A DNA stretch of 64,000 bases from Candidatus Wolfebacteria bacterium RIFOXYB1_FULL_54_12 (GCA_001793895.1 MGIT01000001.1:106508-170507), one strand, 5' to 3'. Shown: positions 1 to 8,254, counted from the first letter of the stretch. Made by a program: numbers and translations. Notes: generated from the sequence alone by a model not told the origin.

Positions 1-530
1 AAATGCCGCCACCGAATGCCCGACACCAATACGAACCCGAACCACACCGAAAACATGAGCAACACGGAACCAAGATCGGGCTGCAAATAGATAAGCGCCG
101 CGGGAATGACGAAATAAATGAACGACTTCGCAAGCGTGGAAAGCCGGGCGATGCTTCGATGGCTTTTTCTGAAAAAGCTCGCCAGCACCACGATGAGCGC
201 AAGGTTCGCAAACACCGATGCCTGAAATTGAAAAGGGCCAATGGGGATCCATGCCTTGTTTCCCCGGATCTCGGGGGCAATGACCAGCGTCAATGCCAAT
301 AATCCGATAGCCGCCGCATAAACACCGAAGATAACCCCGCGGTAGTTTGCGAACGAACGCCAATCGAAATAGGTCACAAACAGCATGAGCGCGAACCCCA
401 TACCGATAAACAACAGCTGCTTCCAAAACAAATCCAAGCTTATGCTCGCCAACTCAAGCAACCCTGCGAACGAAAGAAGCGCAACCGCGCCATTCAACTT
501 CCAATCAAAATGTCGCAAATAAGATAACAT
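1..530 (-). CDS. SEDS-family FtsW/RodA-like protein, N-terminal part (3' end runs off the window)
   Basis: Absent from the ORF track because no stop lies in the window. Own translation from the ATG at 530 gives MLSYLRHFDWKLNGAVALLSFAGLLELASISLDLFWKQLLFIGMGF...FVIPAALIYLQPDLGSVLLMF. It is multi-TM with an LQPDLGS loop typical of FtsW/RodA. Confidence 0.75.
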   Translation of the reverse strand, partial: MLSYLRHFDWKLNGAVALLSFAGLLELASISLDLFWKQLLFIGMGFALMLFVTYFDWRSFANYRGVIFGVYAAAIGLLALTLVIAPEIRGNKAWIPIGPFQFQASVFANLALIVVLASFFRKSHRSIARLSTLAKSFIYFVIPAALIYLQPDLGSVLLMFSVWFGFVLVSGIRWRH

Positions 531-558
531 GTCCTTTTAATCACCGACGCCCTCTCTT

Positions 559-628
559 TGTCATCCTGAACTCGTTTCAGGATCTTATTGTCCATAAACG
601 AGATTCCGGCTCGTAGGCCGGAATGACA
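559..628. repeat. Composite GTCAT-hairpin repeat (two units in inverted orientation)
   Basis: The sequence is tgtcatcctgaactcgtttcaggatc...gagattccggctcgtaggccggaatgaca. Its ends, tgtcat and atgaca, are inverted. Confidence 0.9.
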
Positions 629-690
629 GCTCCTAACTCAAATCCCTTATAGAATACCCGTTAAACGTACCTTTGTCATCTTTCTTGCAA

Positions 691-805
691 TGTATCGACG
701 TTCAACGTCGATACAATCAATATTTGCGTCTTGCAATAACGCAAATATTGCCATTATTTAGCCATTACTTGCTTAAATTCAATTGAGCGACATCGAATGT
801 CGCTC
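691..805. other. Three consecutive perfect hairpins in the rodA/tsaD spacer
   Basis: Hairpin 1, 691-715: tgtatcgacgt-tca-acgtcgataca. Hairpin 2, 719-749: aatatttgcgt-cttgcaata-acgcaaatatt. Hairpin 3, 785-805: gagcgacat-cga-atgtcgctc. None has a T-run. Confidence 0.7.
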
Positions 806-812
806 ATATTCA

Positions 813-1958
813 TCATAAATTCAAATCCCCATTCGCCTCAATTTTATACTTCTTGCCACGCAAATAGTCGATATATCCCGAAACGGCAATCATCAACGCA
901 TTATCGGTAGAAAATTCGCTCACGATCAACAGTGGTCGATCTTTCTTTAGCGTGAACTTCTTTTCGATTGCTTCCGTAAACAAAGCACGCAAGGTGCGGT
1001 TGGCCGAAACTCCGCCCGAGATCATAATGGACTTCGCACCGAATTCTTCTACCGCGCGGAGCGTCTTTTTGATCAGTACATCCGCCGCCGCCTTTTGAAA
1101 ACTCGCGGCAATATCCGCTTTCGGAATACTTTTCCCCGCTTTCGTCAGATCGCGGATATAATACAGCACAGAGGTCTTCAGGCCGGAAAAACTGAAATTA
1201 TAATTTTTATGCCCGATCATCGGACGCGGGAAATCGATCGCCATCGGGTTGCCATCTTTCGCCAAGCGTTCGATTTCAGGCCCGCCCGGATACGGGAGGC
1301 CAATCAAACGCGCAACCTTGTCGAACGCCTCCCCCACCGCATCGTCAACCGTCTCGCCCAATTTTTTAAAATGGGTCAGGTCGTCCATTCTCAACAAAAT
1401 GGTATGACCCCCGCTGATGATCAACGCGATCGCGGGGAATATCCCCGCATTGTCATTCCCGCGGAGGCGGGAATCCACATCCTTACTTACCAAAAAACTA
1501 TATAAGTGCCCCTCCAAATGATTAGTGGGCACCAGCGGCTTGCCATATTTGGCCGCAAGCTCCTTTGCAAATTCAATGCCGGTCCACAATGCAGGTTCCA
1601 AACCAGGCCCAACGGTCACGGTAATGAAATCTACCCGATTCATAAAATCAGCCTCCCCCGCATTGTCATTCCCGCCCTTCTCTTTGTCATTCCCGCGGAG
1701 GCGGGAATCCACCACTATTTTATCAACAATCTCTTTAAATAATAGTGGCAAATTCTCCAAATGCGCGCGCTTTGCCAATCCCGGCACTACGCCGCCATAC
1801 GGCTGGTGCAGCTTGATCTGCGACGCGACCACATCGCCATGTACCTCAAACTTCGGCTTTTCCAAACCCCCGCTCGCCGTAACAAAAGAAAGGGCTGTTT
1901 CATCACAGCTCGTTTCAATCGACAAGATATACACCTTTTGTTTCTTCTCTAAAGACAT
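813..1958 (-). CDS. tsaD: tRNA N6-adenosine threonylcarbamoyltransferase TsaD (Kae1/Gcp family) carrying two repeat-derived in-frame insertions
   Basis: Family motifs seen: ILSIETSCDETA, TVTVGPGLEPAL, NHLEGH, ISGGHT, SGGVSAN. The peptide DSRLRGND occurs twice. Confidence 0.93.
   Translation of the reverse strand: MSLEKKQKVYILSIETSCDETALSFVTASGGLEKPKFEVHGDVVASQIKLHQPYGGVVPGLAKRAHLENLPLLFKEIVDKIVVDSRLRGNDKEKGGNDNAGEADFMNRVDFITVTVGPGLEPALWTGIEFAKELAAKYGKPLVPTNHLEGHLYSFLVSKDVDSRLRGNDNAGIFPAIALIISGGHTILLRMDDLTHFKKLGETVDDAVGEAFDKVARLIGLPYPGGPEIERLAKDGNPMAIDFPRPMIGHKNYNFSFSGLKTSVLYYIRDLTKAGKSIPKADIAASFQKAAADVLIKKTLRAVEEFGAKSIMISGGVSANRTLRALFTEAIEKKFTLKKDRPLLIVSEFSTDNALMIAVSGYIDYLRGKKYKIEANGDLNL
1451..1476. 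repeat. GTCAT-hairpin unit inside the tsaD CDS
   Basis: The sequence tgtcattcccgcggaggcgggaatcc, read on the minus strand in the tsaD frame, gives VDSRLRGNDNAG. Confidence 0.9.
1664..1710. repeat. GTCAT-hairpin unit plus a half unit inside the tsaD CDS
   Basis: The sequence tgtcattcccgcccttctctttgtcattcccgcggaggcgggaatcc encodes VDSRLRGNDKEKGGNDNAG in the tsaD frame. Confidence 0.9.
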
Positions 1959-2018
1959 AGCGAAATATATTTTAGCTTATCGCACCTTGCAGAACAATGC
2001 AAAAATCCATTAGCCATA

Positions 2019-2044
2019 AAGAAGAGGGCTTTAGCCCTCTTCTT
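2019..2044 (-). terminator. Hairpin downstream of the PQ-loop gene
   Basis: The structure is aagaagagggc-ttta-gccctcttctt, an 11-bp perfect stem. Confidence 0.6.
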
Positions 2045-2079
2045 ATCCATAAACTATGAACTGTTGGCTGTGAACTTTT

Positions 2080-2376
2080 TTATATCCCCCAATGTCGTAC
2101 TCCTTTCTTTTCATAGCGGATGATGCCGGAAAGCACCAGCCCTACGCCCAAAAAACCGAACAGGTTAATAACGATCAATGCAATGTTGTGCAACAAAACG
2201 CTGTACAGTAGCAACACAAAATATCCGAATGAAAGGATGCTGTAGGTCAACAACGAAACATCCTTTGCACTGCGCCGTTTATATATTTTTAACGCTTGCG
2301 GAATATTGGCCAAACCCATAACAATTCCCATGAGTCCCGCCAATGAAGCAAATAGTTGAGTAAAGTCGATCATCAA
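2080..2376 (-). CDS. SemiSWEET / PQ-loop small membrane transporter
   Basis: 98 aa with three hydrophobic helices. The PQ motif sits in LANIPQALKIYKRRSAKDVS. Confidence 0.7.
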   Translation of the reverse strand: MMIDFTQLFASLAGLMGIVMGLANIPQALKIYKRRSAKDVSLLTYSILSFGYFVLLLYSVLLHNIALIVINLFGFLGVGLVLSGIIRYEKKGVRHWGI

Positions 2377-2380
2377 TTTC

Positions 2381-2456
2381 TGTCATTCCCGTCCGCCAGC
2401 CGGCGGAGGAATCTATTTATAGAGTACTGGATTCCGGCTCGGAGGCCGGAATGACA
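2381..2456. repeat. Composite GTCAT-hairpin repeat
   Basis: tgtcattcccgtccgccagccggcggaggaatctatttatagagtactggattccggctcggaggccggaatgaca. Confidence 0.9.
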
Positions 2457-2474
2457 ATGCGGTGCCTGCAATAA

Positions 2475-2542
2475 GCAAAATGCCCATGTGGTTGAAGGAG
2501 GATAAAAAGAGCCCTCCTCCTGATGCCACATGGGCATTTTGC
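2475..2542 (-). terminator. Long nested hairpin after ppsA
   Basis: The arms gcaaaatgcccatgtgg and ccacatgggcattttgc form a 17-bp perfect stem around an inner ggagga/tcctcc pair. Confidence 0.6.
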
Positions 2543-2548
2543 GATCAG

Positions 2549-5014
2549 TTATTTTGCTTTCTTGGCAAGTGCCGCCTCCTTCTCCGCGATAGCCATCGTA
2601 GTTTTTACCACCGTGTCGGGATTAAGCGAAATGCTTTCAATACCCGCTTCTACGAGAAACTGGGCAAAGTCCGGGTAATCGCTTGGTGCCTGTCCGCAAA
2701 TGCCGATATATTTCTTGCGGGCGATACACTTAGCAATCACATCCTTGATGAGTGTGGTTACTGCTTCATCCTTTTCGTTGGTGATATATTTAATCTTTTC
2801 ATTGCCGTCACGATCGATACCCACTGTCAGCTGGGTCAGATCGTTCGATCCAATACTCATGCCATCAAACACATCAAGAAACTTATCTGCCAAGATGACA
2901 TTTGCCGGGATTTCGCACATGACATAGGTGCGAATGCCGGTCTTTTTGCCAAGGCCGTTCTTTTCCATAATGGCAAGATTCTTTTTGCCTTCCTCGACGG
3001 TACGGCAAAACGGGATCATGACATGCACATTGTCCAAGCCCATAGCCTCGCGCACCTTTTTGATTGCCTTCAGCTCAAGCACGAATGCATCGGCAAAATC
3101 CGGATGATAATACCGCGAAGCCCCGCGCCAGCCGATCATCGGGTTTTCCTCCTTCGGTTCATACAGCTCACCGCCGATCAACGTACGGTATTCATTCGTT
3201 TTAAAATCGGAGAAACGTACGATGACCTGCTTCGGATAAAATGCCGCGCCGATCTTCGCAATGCCATAAGCAAGCTTATCGATATAGAACTGCACCTTGT
3301 CGTCGTAACCGACGGTCTTTTTGTCGATCTCGCCGACGATCTTCTTGGCGACCTTGTCGCCTTTCTTTGCCTGCGCCTGCAATTTCTTGTAGTTCAGCAA
3401 TGCGTTCGGGTGGATGCCAATCGAAGATGCAATGATGAATTCTTCACGTGCCAAACCAACGCCGCCATTCGGAAGGAACGATTTTTCAAACGCCGTATCC
3501 GGAGTCGCAATGTTCATCGTAATCTTTGTCTTCGTCTGCGGGATCTTTTTTACGTCATGCTCGCGCACGCTAAACTTCTTTGCGCCATCATAGACATATC
3601 CTTCGGTCCCTGCCGTATCAACGGTGACCAGCTTGCCGGTCTTGAGCTTTTTAGTCGCGTCAAGGCTGCCGACAATACACGGAATGCCGAGCTCGCGCGA
3701 CACAATGGCCGCATGCGATGTGCGCCCGCCCTTGTCGGTCACGATCGCGGAAGCGATCTTCATGATAGGCTCCCAATCCGGATCGGTCATGTCGGTCACC
3801 AACACTTCGCCCTGCTTGAACTGGGTAATATTCTTTACATTCATGATCATATGCACCTTGCCAGTCGCGATCTTGCTGCCCACGGAAATGCCCGTGACGA
3901 TCGGAGTGACCTTTTCTTCGAGCACATATTCCTTGACCTTGGTGAGGTCGCGTTCCGCGTGGATGGTTTCCGGTCGCGCCTGCACGATGAACAATTCACC
4001 GGTCTTGCCGTCGCGCGCCCATTCCATATCCATCGGAGTCCAACGATTGTGTACCTTGGTGTAGTGATCTTCGATCAGCACACCCCACTTTGCCAACTGC
4101 AAAACTTCCTTGTCATTCAATACAAATGAATTGCGCTCCTTCGGGCTTGTTTTTACGATCTTGGTCGACTTGGCACCCACGGACGTCGAGGTCATATAAA
4201 CCATTTTCGCATCCTTCGGCGCAAGCTTCTTGTCGATCACCGGATCCATGCCTCCGTTTTTGCCCGCCATCATCTCCTTCAAGCGCGGCTTGAATACCAA
4301 AAACTCATCGGGGGTCACTTCGCCCTGCACGATCATTTCACCCAAGCCCCACACAGCGTTGACCACGACCACATCTTTGAAGCCGGATTCGGTATCGAGC
4401 GTGAACATGACACCCGAGCTGCCAATATCGGAACGGACCATTTTTTGAACGCCCACGGACAAGGCCACCTTAAAGTGGTCGAAGCCCTTGTCGACGCGGT
4501 AGCTGGTTGCACGATCGGTAAAAAGTGACGCCATGGCGGCGCGCACGGCAAAAGAAACATCCTTTGCTCCACGGATGTTCAAAAAGGTTTCGTGCTCGCC
4601 GGCAAACGAAGCACCCGGAAGATCTTCGGCGGTCGCCGAAGAACGAACGGCAACATCTACATTCTTGCCGTATTTCTTTTCCATTTCACGATAGGCGTCT
4701 TCGATCTGCTTGCGCATATCGGCCGGAAACTCGGCTTTTTTGATCGCCTCGCGAATGAACTTGCACTTTTTCTGCAGTTGCGGAATATTCTTCGAATTAA
4801 GGTCCTTTAATGTGTCCTTGATCAACTTCTTCAAACCGGTCTCTTCCAAAAAATCGCGATAGGCTGTTGCCGTTACGATAAAACCGCCCGGGATGTTTAC
4901 CCCCTGCGGAACCAAGTGTTGTAGCATTTCGCCAAGCGATGCGTTTTTACCTCCAACCTCGCCGACATCATTGATGCCGACTTTGTCCATTTTCAGTGTA
5001 TATGATTTCTGCAT
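2549..5014 (-). CDS. ppsA: Phosphoenolpyruvate synthase (pyruvate, water dikinase)
   Basis: Motifs seen: VGGKNASLGEM, the phosphohistidine swivel TDKGGRTSHAAIVSRELGIPCIVG, and GSNDLTQ in the PEP-utilizing domain. The start may be the second Met (MDKVG). Confidence 0.93.
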   Translation of the reverse strand: MQKSYTLKMDKVGINDVGEVGGKNASLGEMLQHLVPQGVNIPGGFIVTATAYRDFLEETGLKKLIKDTLKDLNSKNIPQLQKKCKFIREAIKKAEFPADMRKQIEDAYREMEKKYGKNVDVAVRSSATAEDLPGASFAGEHETFLNIRGAKDVSFAVRAAMASLFTDRATSYRVDKGFDHFKVALSVGVQKMVRSDIGSSGVMFTLDTESGFKDVVVVNAVWGLGEMIVQGEVTPDEFLVFKPRLKEMMAGKNGGMDPVIDKKLAPKDAKMVYMTSTSVGAKSTKIVKTSPKERNSFVLNDKEVLQLAKWGVLIEDHYTKVHNRWTPMDMEWARDGKTGELFIVQARPETIHAERDLTKVKEYVLEEKVTPIVTGISVGSKIATGKVHMIMNVKNITQFKQGEVLVTDMTDPDWEPIMKIASAIVTDKGGRTSHAAIVSRELGIPCIVGSLDATKKLKTGKLVTVDTAGTEGYVYDGAKKFSVREHDVKKIPQTKTKITMNIATPDTAFEKSFLPNGGVGLAREEFIIASSIGIHPNALLNYKKLQAQAKKGDKVAKKIVGEIDKKTVGYDDKVQFYIDKLAYGIAKIGAAFYPKQVIVRFSDFKTNEYRTLIGGELYEPKEENPMIGWRGASRYYHPDFADAFVLELKAIKKVREAMGLDNVHVMIPFCRTVEEGKKNLAIMEKNGLGKKTGIRTYVMCEIPANVILADKFLDVFDGMSIGSNDLTQLTVGIDRDGNEKIKYITNEKDEAVTTLIKDVIAKCIARKKYIGICGQAPSDYPDFAQFLVEAGIESISLNPDTVVKTTMAIAEKEAALAKKAK

Positions 5015-5142
5015 ACGATAGGATTCTTAAAATGTAATTTCTTATTGGTGTATGCGCCCAGTATACTACAATCAAAACCAAAAAAATACCCCAAATCATG
5101 GGATATTTTTGTCGAATTTGGCGATCATATTCAAGGCAACGG

Positions 5143-5436
5143 TCATTCCGCAGAATTTCCATCCAGTTGGCCAAAATGTTCTTTTGTGGCTCCGCAACTT
5201 GCGCATTCGGCCGGCGATTCGTCGGAAAGCTCCACGCGACCGCACGCATCGCACTCCCAACGCTTCTTATGGCGCGGTATGTGCTCCTCGGATACATATA
5301 CGCTTCCCAAAGGCTCAAACTCGAGCTTATTGAATTCCTCGCGCAAAGCGCCACAGTTCGGACATTCCGCAGGCGGCACCATGCCGTTATAGACATGACC
5401 GCATTTCTGACATTCCCATCGTGCAAGAGTTTCCAT
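5143..5436 (-). CDS. Tandem rubredoxin-like zinc-ribbon protein
   Basis: Two copies of a W-E-C-x2-C-G ... C-x-x-C-G pattern are present: WECQKCGH..CPNCGA and WECDACGR..CASCGA. Confidence 0.7.
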   Translation of the reverse strand: METLARWECQKCGHVYNGMVPPAECPNCGALREEFNKLEFEPLGSVYVSEEHIPRHKKRWECDACGRVELSDESPAECASCGATKEHFGQLDGNSAE

Positions 5437-5543
5437 GAAAAGATAAAATTATCGATTAATACAAAGTGCGCTGCGAATATCGCATCCGCACGCATATACA
5501 GTGTACACCACGCCACGAATATCGCGCAAACGTCCGCACACGA

Positions 5544-6095
5544 TCAGCGGATATGTTTTATGGTCGATGAACGAAACCGCGGCGGCTTGCCATAAATGGC
5601 GATGCCGCGATGCGTAATGTGCGGCCCCTTCGGCCCGTTGCCCACATCATGCCAACGCTCCAGAAATTCGGCAAAGGTAAGGTAGCCGCGATTCATAAGC
5701 GAAGGATCTTCAAAAATAAACTGTTCGTCATCATACCCGATGACCACGACATAATGCCCGTCATCGTAATCGCCCTTATAGTTTTGATGCCGATGCCCGG
5801 ACCATGCCTGAATATCCACGATGACGGGTACGCTCTTATCGATGTAACCCTTGATATCCGCAATGTTCATAGCGCGCATGTCCACGGAAAATCCTTCCGC
5901 CTTGGCAAAATCCGCTATCGCTTCCGGGTCCGTTCCGTCATGCGTGGTGTGCAGGCGCTTGATGAGCTGATCTTCACGAAATTCAATGCCGTAATAATAC
6001 AAAACCGACTGCATGGCGGAATCGCCACAGGTATAATCGGTCCCCTGCCGCACCTCAGGGAAATCAAGCAACCGCGTGTTGGAATGATTGGTCAT
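5544..6095 (-). CDS. Papain-like cysteine peptidase, C39-like (C39_2-type) family
   Basis: Candidate catalytic Cys in QGTDYTCGDSAMQSVLYYYG and candidate His in DDGHYVVVIGYD. Confidence 0.7.
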   Translation of the reverse strand: MTNHSNTRLLDFPEVRQGTDYTCGDSAMQSVLYYYGIEFREDQLIKRLHTTHDGTDPEAIADFAKAEGFSVDMRAMNIADIKGYIDKSVPVIVDIQAWSGHRHQNYKGDYDDGHYVVVIGYDDEQFIFEDPSLMNRGYLTFAEFLERWHDVGNGPKGPHITHRGIAIYGKPPRFRSSTIKHIR

Positions 6096-6126
6096 GATAT
6101 ATCAATACGCCACAAACAAAACGCCG

Positions 6127-6549
6127 TCAGTTAAAACCGTGCTGGTTGAAGAAAGGGGTAAATTTCTTATCCATGCCAAGAATATGCTCCTGCAACCATG
6201 TCCCCGAATACATCGCCATCTCTTCGGCAAGTTTTTGCACATCCACGTCCGGCTTTTGTATTTCATTCATAAAACGATTCGCGATCATGTCACGATACGC
6301 ATCATGCGCGGCGACATGTGTCGCAGTGTCCTCATAGTTGAATCCCCTGAAAAAACTTTCTTCGGTACTCAAATGATACAATGCATAATCTCCAAGTTCG
6401 CCGAACAAATTGGACAAAGCTTCCCGATCCGGGCTTTTCTCCCGGGAAATCGACGCCAGTTTATTTGCAATGGCAAAAAAATGTTGATGCTGTTCATCCA
6501 CCAACTGCACACCGACGCTGTACTCCGAAGTCCAAATAAATGTATCCAT
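6127..6549 (-). CDS. Bacteriohemerythrin-like metal-binding protein
   Basis: The N-terminus FIWTSEYSVGVQLVDEQHQHFF and spaced His/Glu ligands (HLSTEE, HVAAHD) fit the family. Confidence 0.8.
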   Translation of the reverse strand: MDTFIWTSEYSVGVQLVDEQHQHFFAIANKLASISREKSPDREALSNLFGELGDYALYHLSTEESFFRGFNYEDTATHVAAHDAYRDMIANRFMNEIQKPDVDVQKLAEEMAMYSGTWLQEHILGMDKKFTPFFNQHGFN

Positions 6550-6624
6550 AAAAAAATGGGTTAATTATTAAATATTCGCCTACACTTAAGAATAGCATAA
6601 GTAATCGGAATGCTCCACACAAAA

Positions 6625-6649
6625 CAAAAAACTCCTTTCGGAGTTTTTT
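6625..6649 (-). terminator. Rho-independent terminator after tRNA-His
   Basis: The structure is aaaaaactcc-tttc-ggagtttttt. Confidence 0.75.
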
Positions 6650-6659
6650 GCATAGTGGG

Positions 6660-6732
6660 GGTGCCCAGAGGGTATCGAACCCTCGACCTTCGGTACCACA
6701 AACCGACGTTCTACCACTGAACTATGGGCACC
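6660..6732 (-). tRNA. tRNA-His (GTG)
   Basis: Reverse complement: GGTGCCCATAGTTCAGTGGTAGAACGTCGGTTTGTGGTACCGAAGGTCGAGGGTTCGATACCCTCTGGGCACC. It has the extra G-1, the anticodon loop TTGTGGT and the T-arm GAGGGTTCGATACCCTC. Confidence 0.9.
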
Positions 6733-6834
6733 ATGTACAATGTGGTCATTATAATAACCCGTTTGTTCATAAAAAACAAGCAAGAAAAAGCCCGGCCAAT
6801 AAACAGCCGGGCGTGGGTACCACAGAAACGTCAG

Positions 6835-7473
6835 TCAGAAAAGTGCACGAAAGATCCGGTCGCGCATCTTCCTATCGTCAAGTGCGATGACTTCTTCATA
6901 CAGCGTTACCAGATCATAGACCAGCTTGGCCCGATCGGTATACAACCGAAGGTCTTCGATGCGCCCGGCAGATACCATGCATTGCCCGCTCGCGGTAAAC
7001 GATGCCCGTGCGGCACTTTTTACCATGGCCAAGGTTCCGCACTCGCCTTGCATGCACTCAAGTTCATGGACCTTGTACGGAAAGCACTCGGAATGAAAAT
7101 CGCTTGCCTGAAACGCACTTTGCCCCGGATCATGCCGGATGAACTTGAATGCCTTCCCGTTTCCGGTGTAAAGAAATTTGATGTTTCCCGCGGTATCGGC
7201 CGGCGAGCTGCTCAAAGCGCCGCCGGTAAACACCGTGATGGCGACGTTGGTCGCAATACACGCTTTACCCTGACGCTCGACCGTCATAACCGTGCGTATC
7301 ACATCCGTCCTGCTTGCCCACATGGATATGGGCGTGATCGCGGCACCATTACGCAACCGCTGTCCGATCGCACGGCGGGTAAGCATTTCGATACTGCTCA
7401 ATCGCTGGGGGCTGGGATTGCCCCGCGCAGTCGCGCGCAATATCCTGCACACTCCATCCAATAAACTCTGCAT
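6835..7473 (-). CDS. Hypothetical protein (212 aa from the internal Met)
   Basis: The start MQSLLDGV at 7473 is preceded by gagaggagga. No family was recognised. The gene is visibly GC-richer than its neighbours and has shadow ORFs on the opposite strand. Confidence 0.55.
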   Translation of the reverse strand: MQSLLDGVCRILRATARGNPSPQRLSSIEMLTRRAIGQRLRNGAAITPISMWASRTDVIRTVMTVERQGKACIATNVAITVFTGGALSSSPADTAGNIKFLYTGNGKAFKFIRHDPGQSAFQASDFHSECFPYKVHELECMQGECGTLAMVKSAARASFTASGQCMVSAGRIEDLRLYTDRAKLVYDLVTLYEEVIALDDRKMRDRIFRALF

Positions 7474-7586
7474 CGACGATTCCTCCTCTCTTTCGGATTC
7501 CGTGATACTGAATATGTAAACAGAACTGCACCTATTTAACCCCACAATTATGTAAAAGTCAATAATAATCGTTTTATAACAAAAAA

Positions 7587-7613
7587 AGGGTTCCCTCACA
7601 GAATCCTTTTTTG
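7587..7613 (-). terminator. Terminator downstream of the tRNA-like RNA
   Basis: The stem agggttc/gaatcct contains one G-T pair. The loop is cctcaca, with A and T runs on both sides. Confidence 0.65.
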
Positions 7614-7631
7614 TTTATTCAAATCCCTTTC

Positions 7632-7783
7632 GGTGCCGCGGGAGGGAGTTGCCTACAAGTCTCGCTTCGCCGCCGCTCAGCGAGCTCGCAGGCCGCCCCT
7701 CGCGATGTGCCCTGCTGGGCCGCATATCGCTGCGGTCTTAAACTCCCCACGCGGGCAAAGCAGTTTGCCCGCTCCACGGCACC
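7632..7783 (-). ncRNA. Candidate 152-nt structured, tRNA-Phe-derived tRNA-like RNA (identity unknown)
   Basis: The 3' end CAACTCCCTCCCGCGGCACC is identical to the tRNA-Phe 3' end. The 5' GGTGCCGTGG pairs with the 3' CCGCGGCACC over 10 bp. GGGAGTT pairs with AACTCCC. Internal hairpins are GGGCAAA-CTGC-TTTGCCC, CCGCA-GCGATA-TGCGG and CTCGCT...AGCGAG. Confidence 0.45.
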
Positions 7784-7790
7784 AACCAGA

Positions 7791-7826
7791 TAAAAATAAA
7801 AAACATACTCCTCACAAGTATGTCTT
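7791..7826 (-). terminator. Terminator after tRNA-Phe
   Basis: The stem is acatact/agtatgt with loop cctcaca, followed by a T-run on the minus strand. Confidence 0.7.
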
Positions 7827-7850
7827 TTATTTTATTCAAATCCCTTTCGG

Positions 7851-7922
7851 TGCCGCGGGAGGGAGTTGAACCCCCGACGCTTGCCTCTTCAGGGCAACGC
7901 TCTACCGCTGAGCTACCGCGGC
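7851..7922 (-). tRNA. tRNA-Phe (GAA)
   Basis: Reverse complement: GCCGCGGTAGCTCAGCGGTAGAGCGTTGCCCTGAAGAGGCAAGCGTCGGGGGTTCAACTCCCTCCCGCGGCA. The anticodon arm is TTGCC-CTGAAGA-GGCAA. Confidence 0.9.
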
Positions 7923-7990
7923 TTATACACCTATTCAAGATGTGCAATCATTATACATGGTTGGAATTTTTTTTCAATCCCAATCCCCTG

Positions 7991-8022
7991 TTATTGGTTA
8001 TAGGTTATTAGTTATTGGTTAT
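7991..8022. repeat. GGTTAT-type low-complexity repeat
   Basis: The sequence ttattggttataggttattagttattggttat lies between tRNA-Phe and tRNA-Pro. Confidence 0.8.
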
Positions 8023-8027
8023 CTTAG

Positions 8028-8098
8028 TCGGAGAGCCGGGAATCGAACCCGGACCATATGCTCCCAAAGCATACATACTACCACTATACTACTCTCCG
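8028..8098 (-). tRNA. tRNA-Pro (TGG)
   Basis: Reverse complement: CGGAGAGTAGTATAGTGGTAGTATGTATGCTTTGGGAGCATATGGTCCGGGTTCGATTCCCGGCTCTCCGA. The anticodon arm is TATGC-TTTGGGA-GCATA. Confidence 0.88.
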
Positions 8099-8168
8099 TT
8101 TGACAACTGTTGCAGTTTGTCGCTTTCTTAGTATACTGAAATAGTCACAAAAGTAAATGCATTTGCAC

Positions 8169-8240
8169 GCCCCTGTAGTTCAATGGATAGAACAGGAGAC
8201 TTCTAATCTCCCAATATAGGTCCGATTCCTATCGGGGGCA
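8169..8240 (+). tRNA. tRNA-Arg (TCT)
   Basis: Sequence: GCCCCTGTAGTTCAATGGATAGAACAGGAGACTTCTAATCTCCCAATATAGGTCCGATTCCTATCGGGGGCA. The anticodon arm is GGAGA-CTTCTAA-TCTCC. Confidence 0.88.
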
Positions 8241-8254
8241 CAAACCAAACACAC

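Noticed and set aside
3-302. A 99-aa ORF at the window edge
   Set aside because: The opposite strand encodes a convincing FtsW/RodA N-terminus that runs off the window.
2462-4129. A 555-aa ORF on the plus strand
   Set aside because: It lies antisense to the strongly conserved ppsA. Its translation is low-complexity with no motifs, so it is a shadow ORF.
4968-5516. A 182-aa minus-strand ORF overlapping the rubredoxin-like gene
   Set aside because: It is in a different frame from the Cys-knuckle ORF, and its translation has no features. The 97-aa frame with four CxxC pairs is preferred.
7632-7783. Assignment of the 152-nt structured RNA as SRP (4.5S) RNA, 6S RNA or tmRNA
   Set aside because: The helix-8 GGAA/AGCA motifs of SRP RNA are absent. 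There is no tmRNA tag region or G3:U70. The size and branching do not fit 6S RNA. It is left as an unknown tRNA-like RNA.
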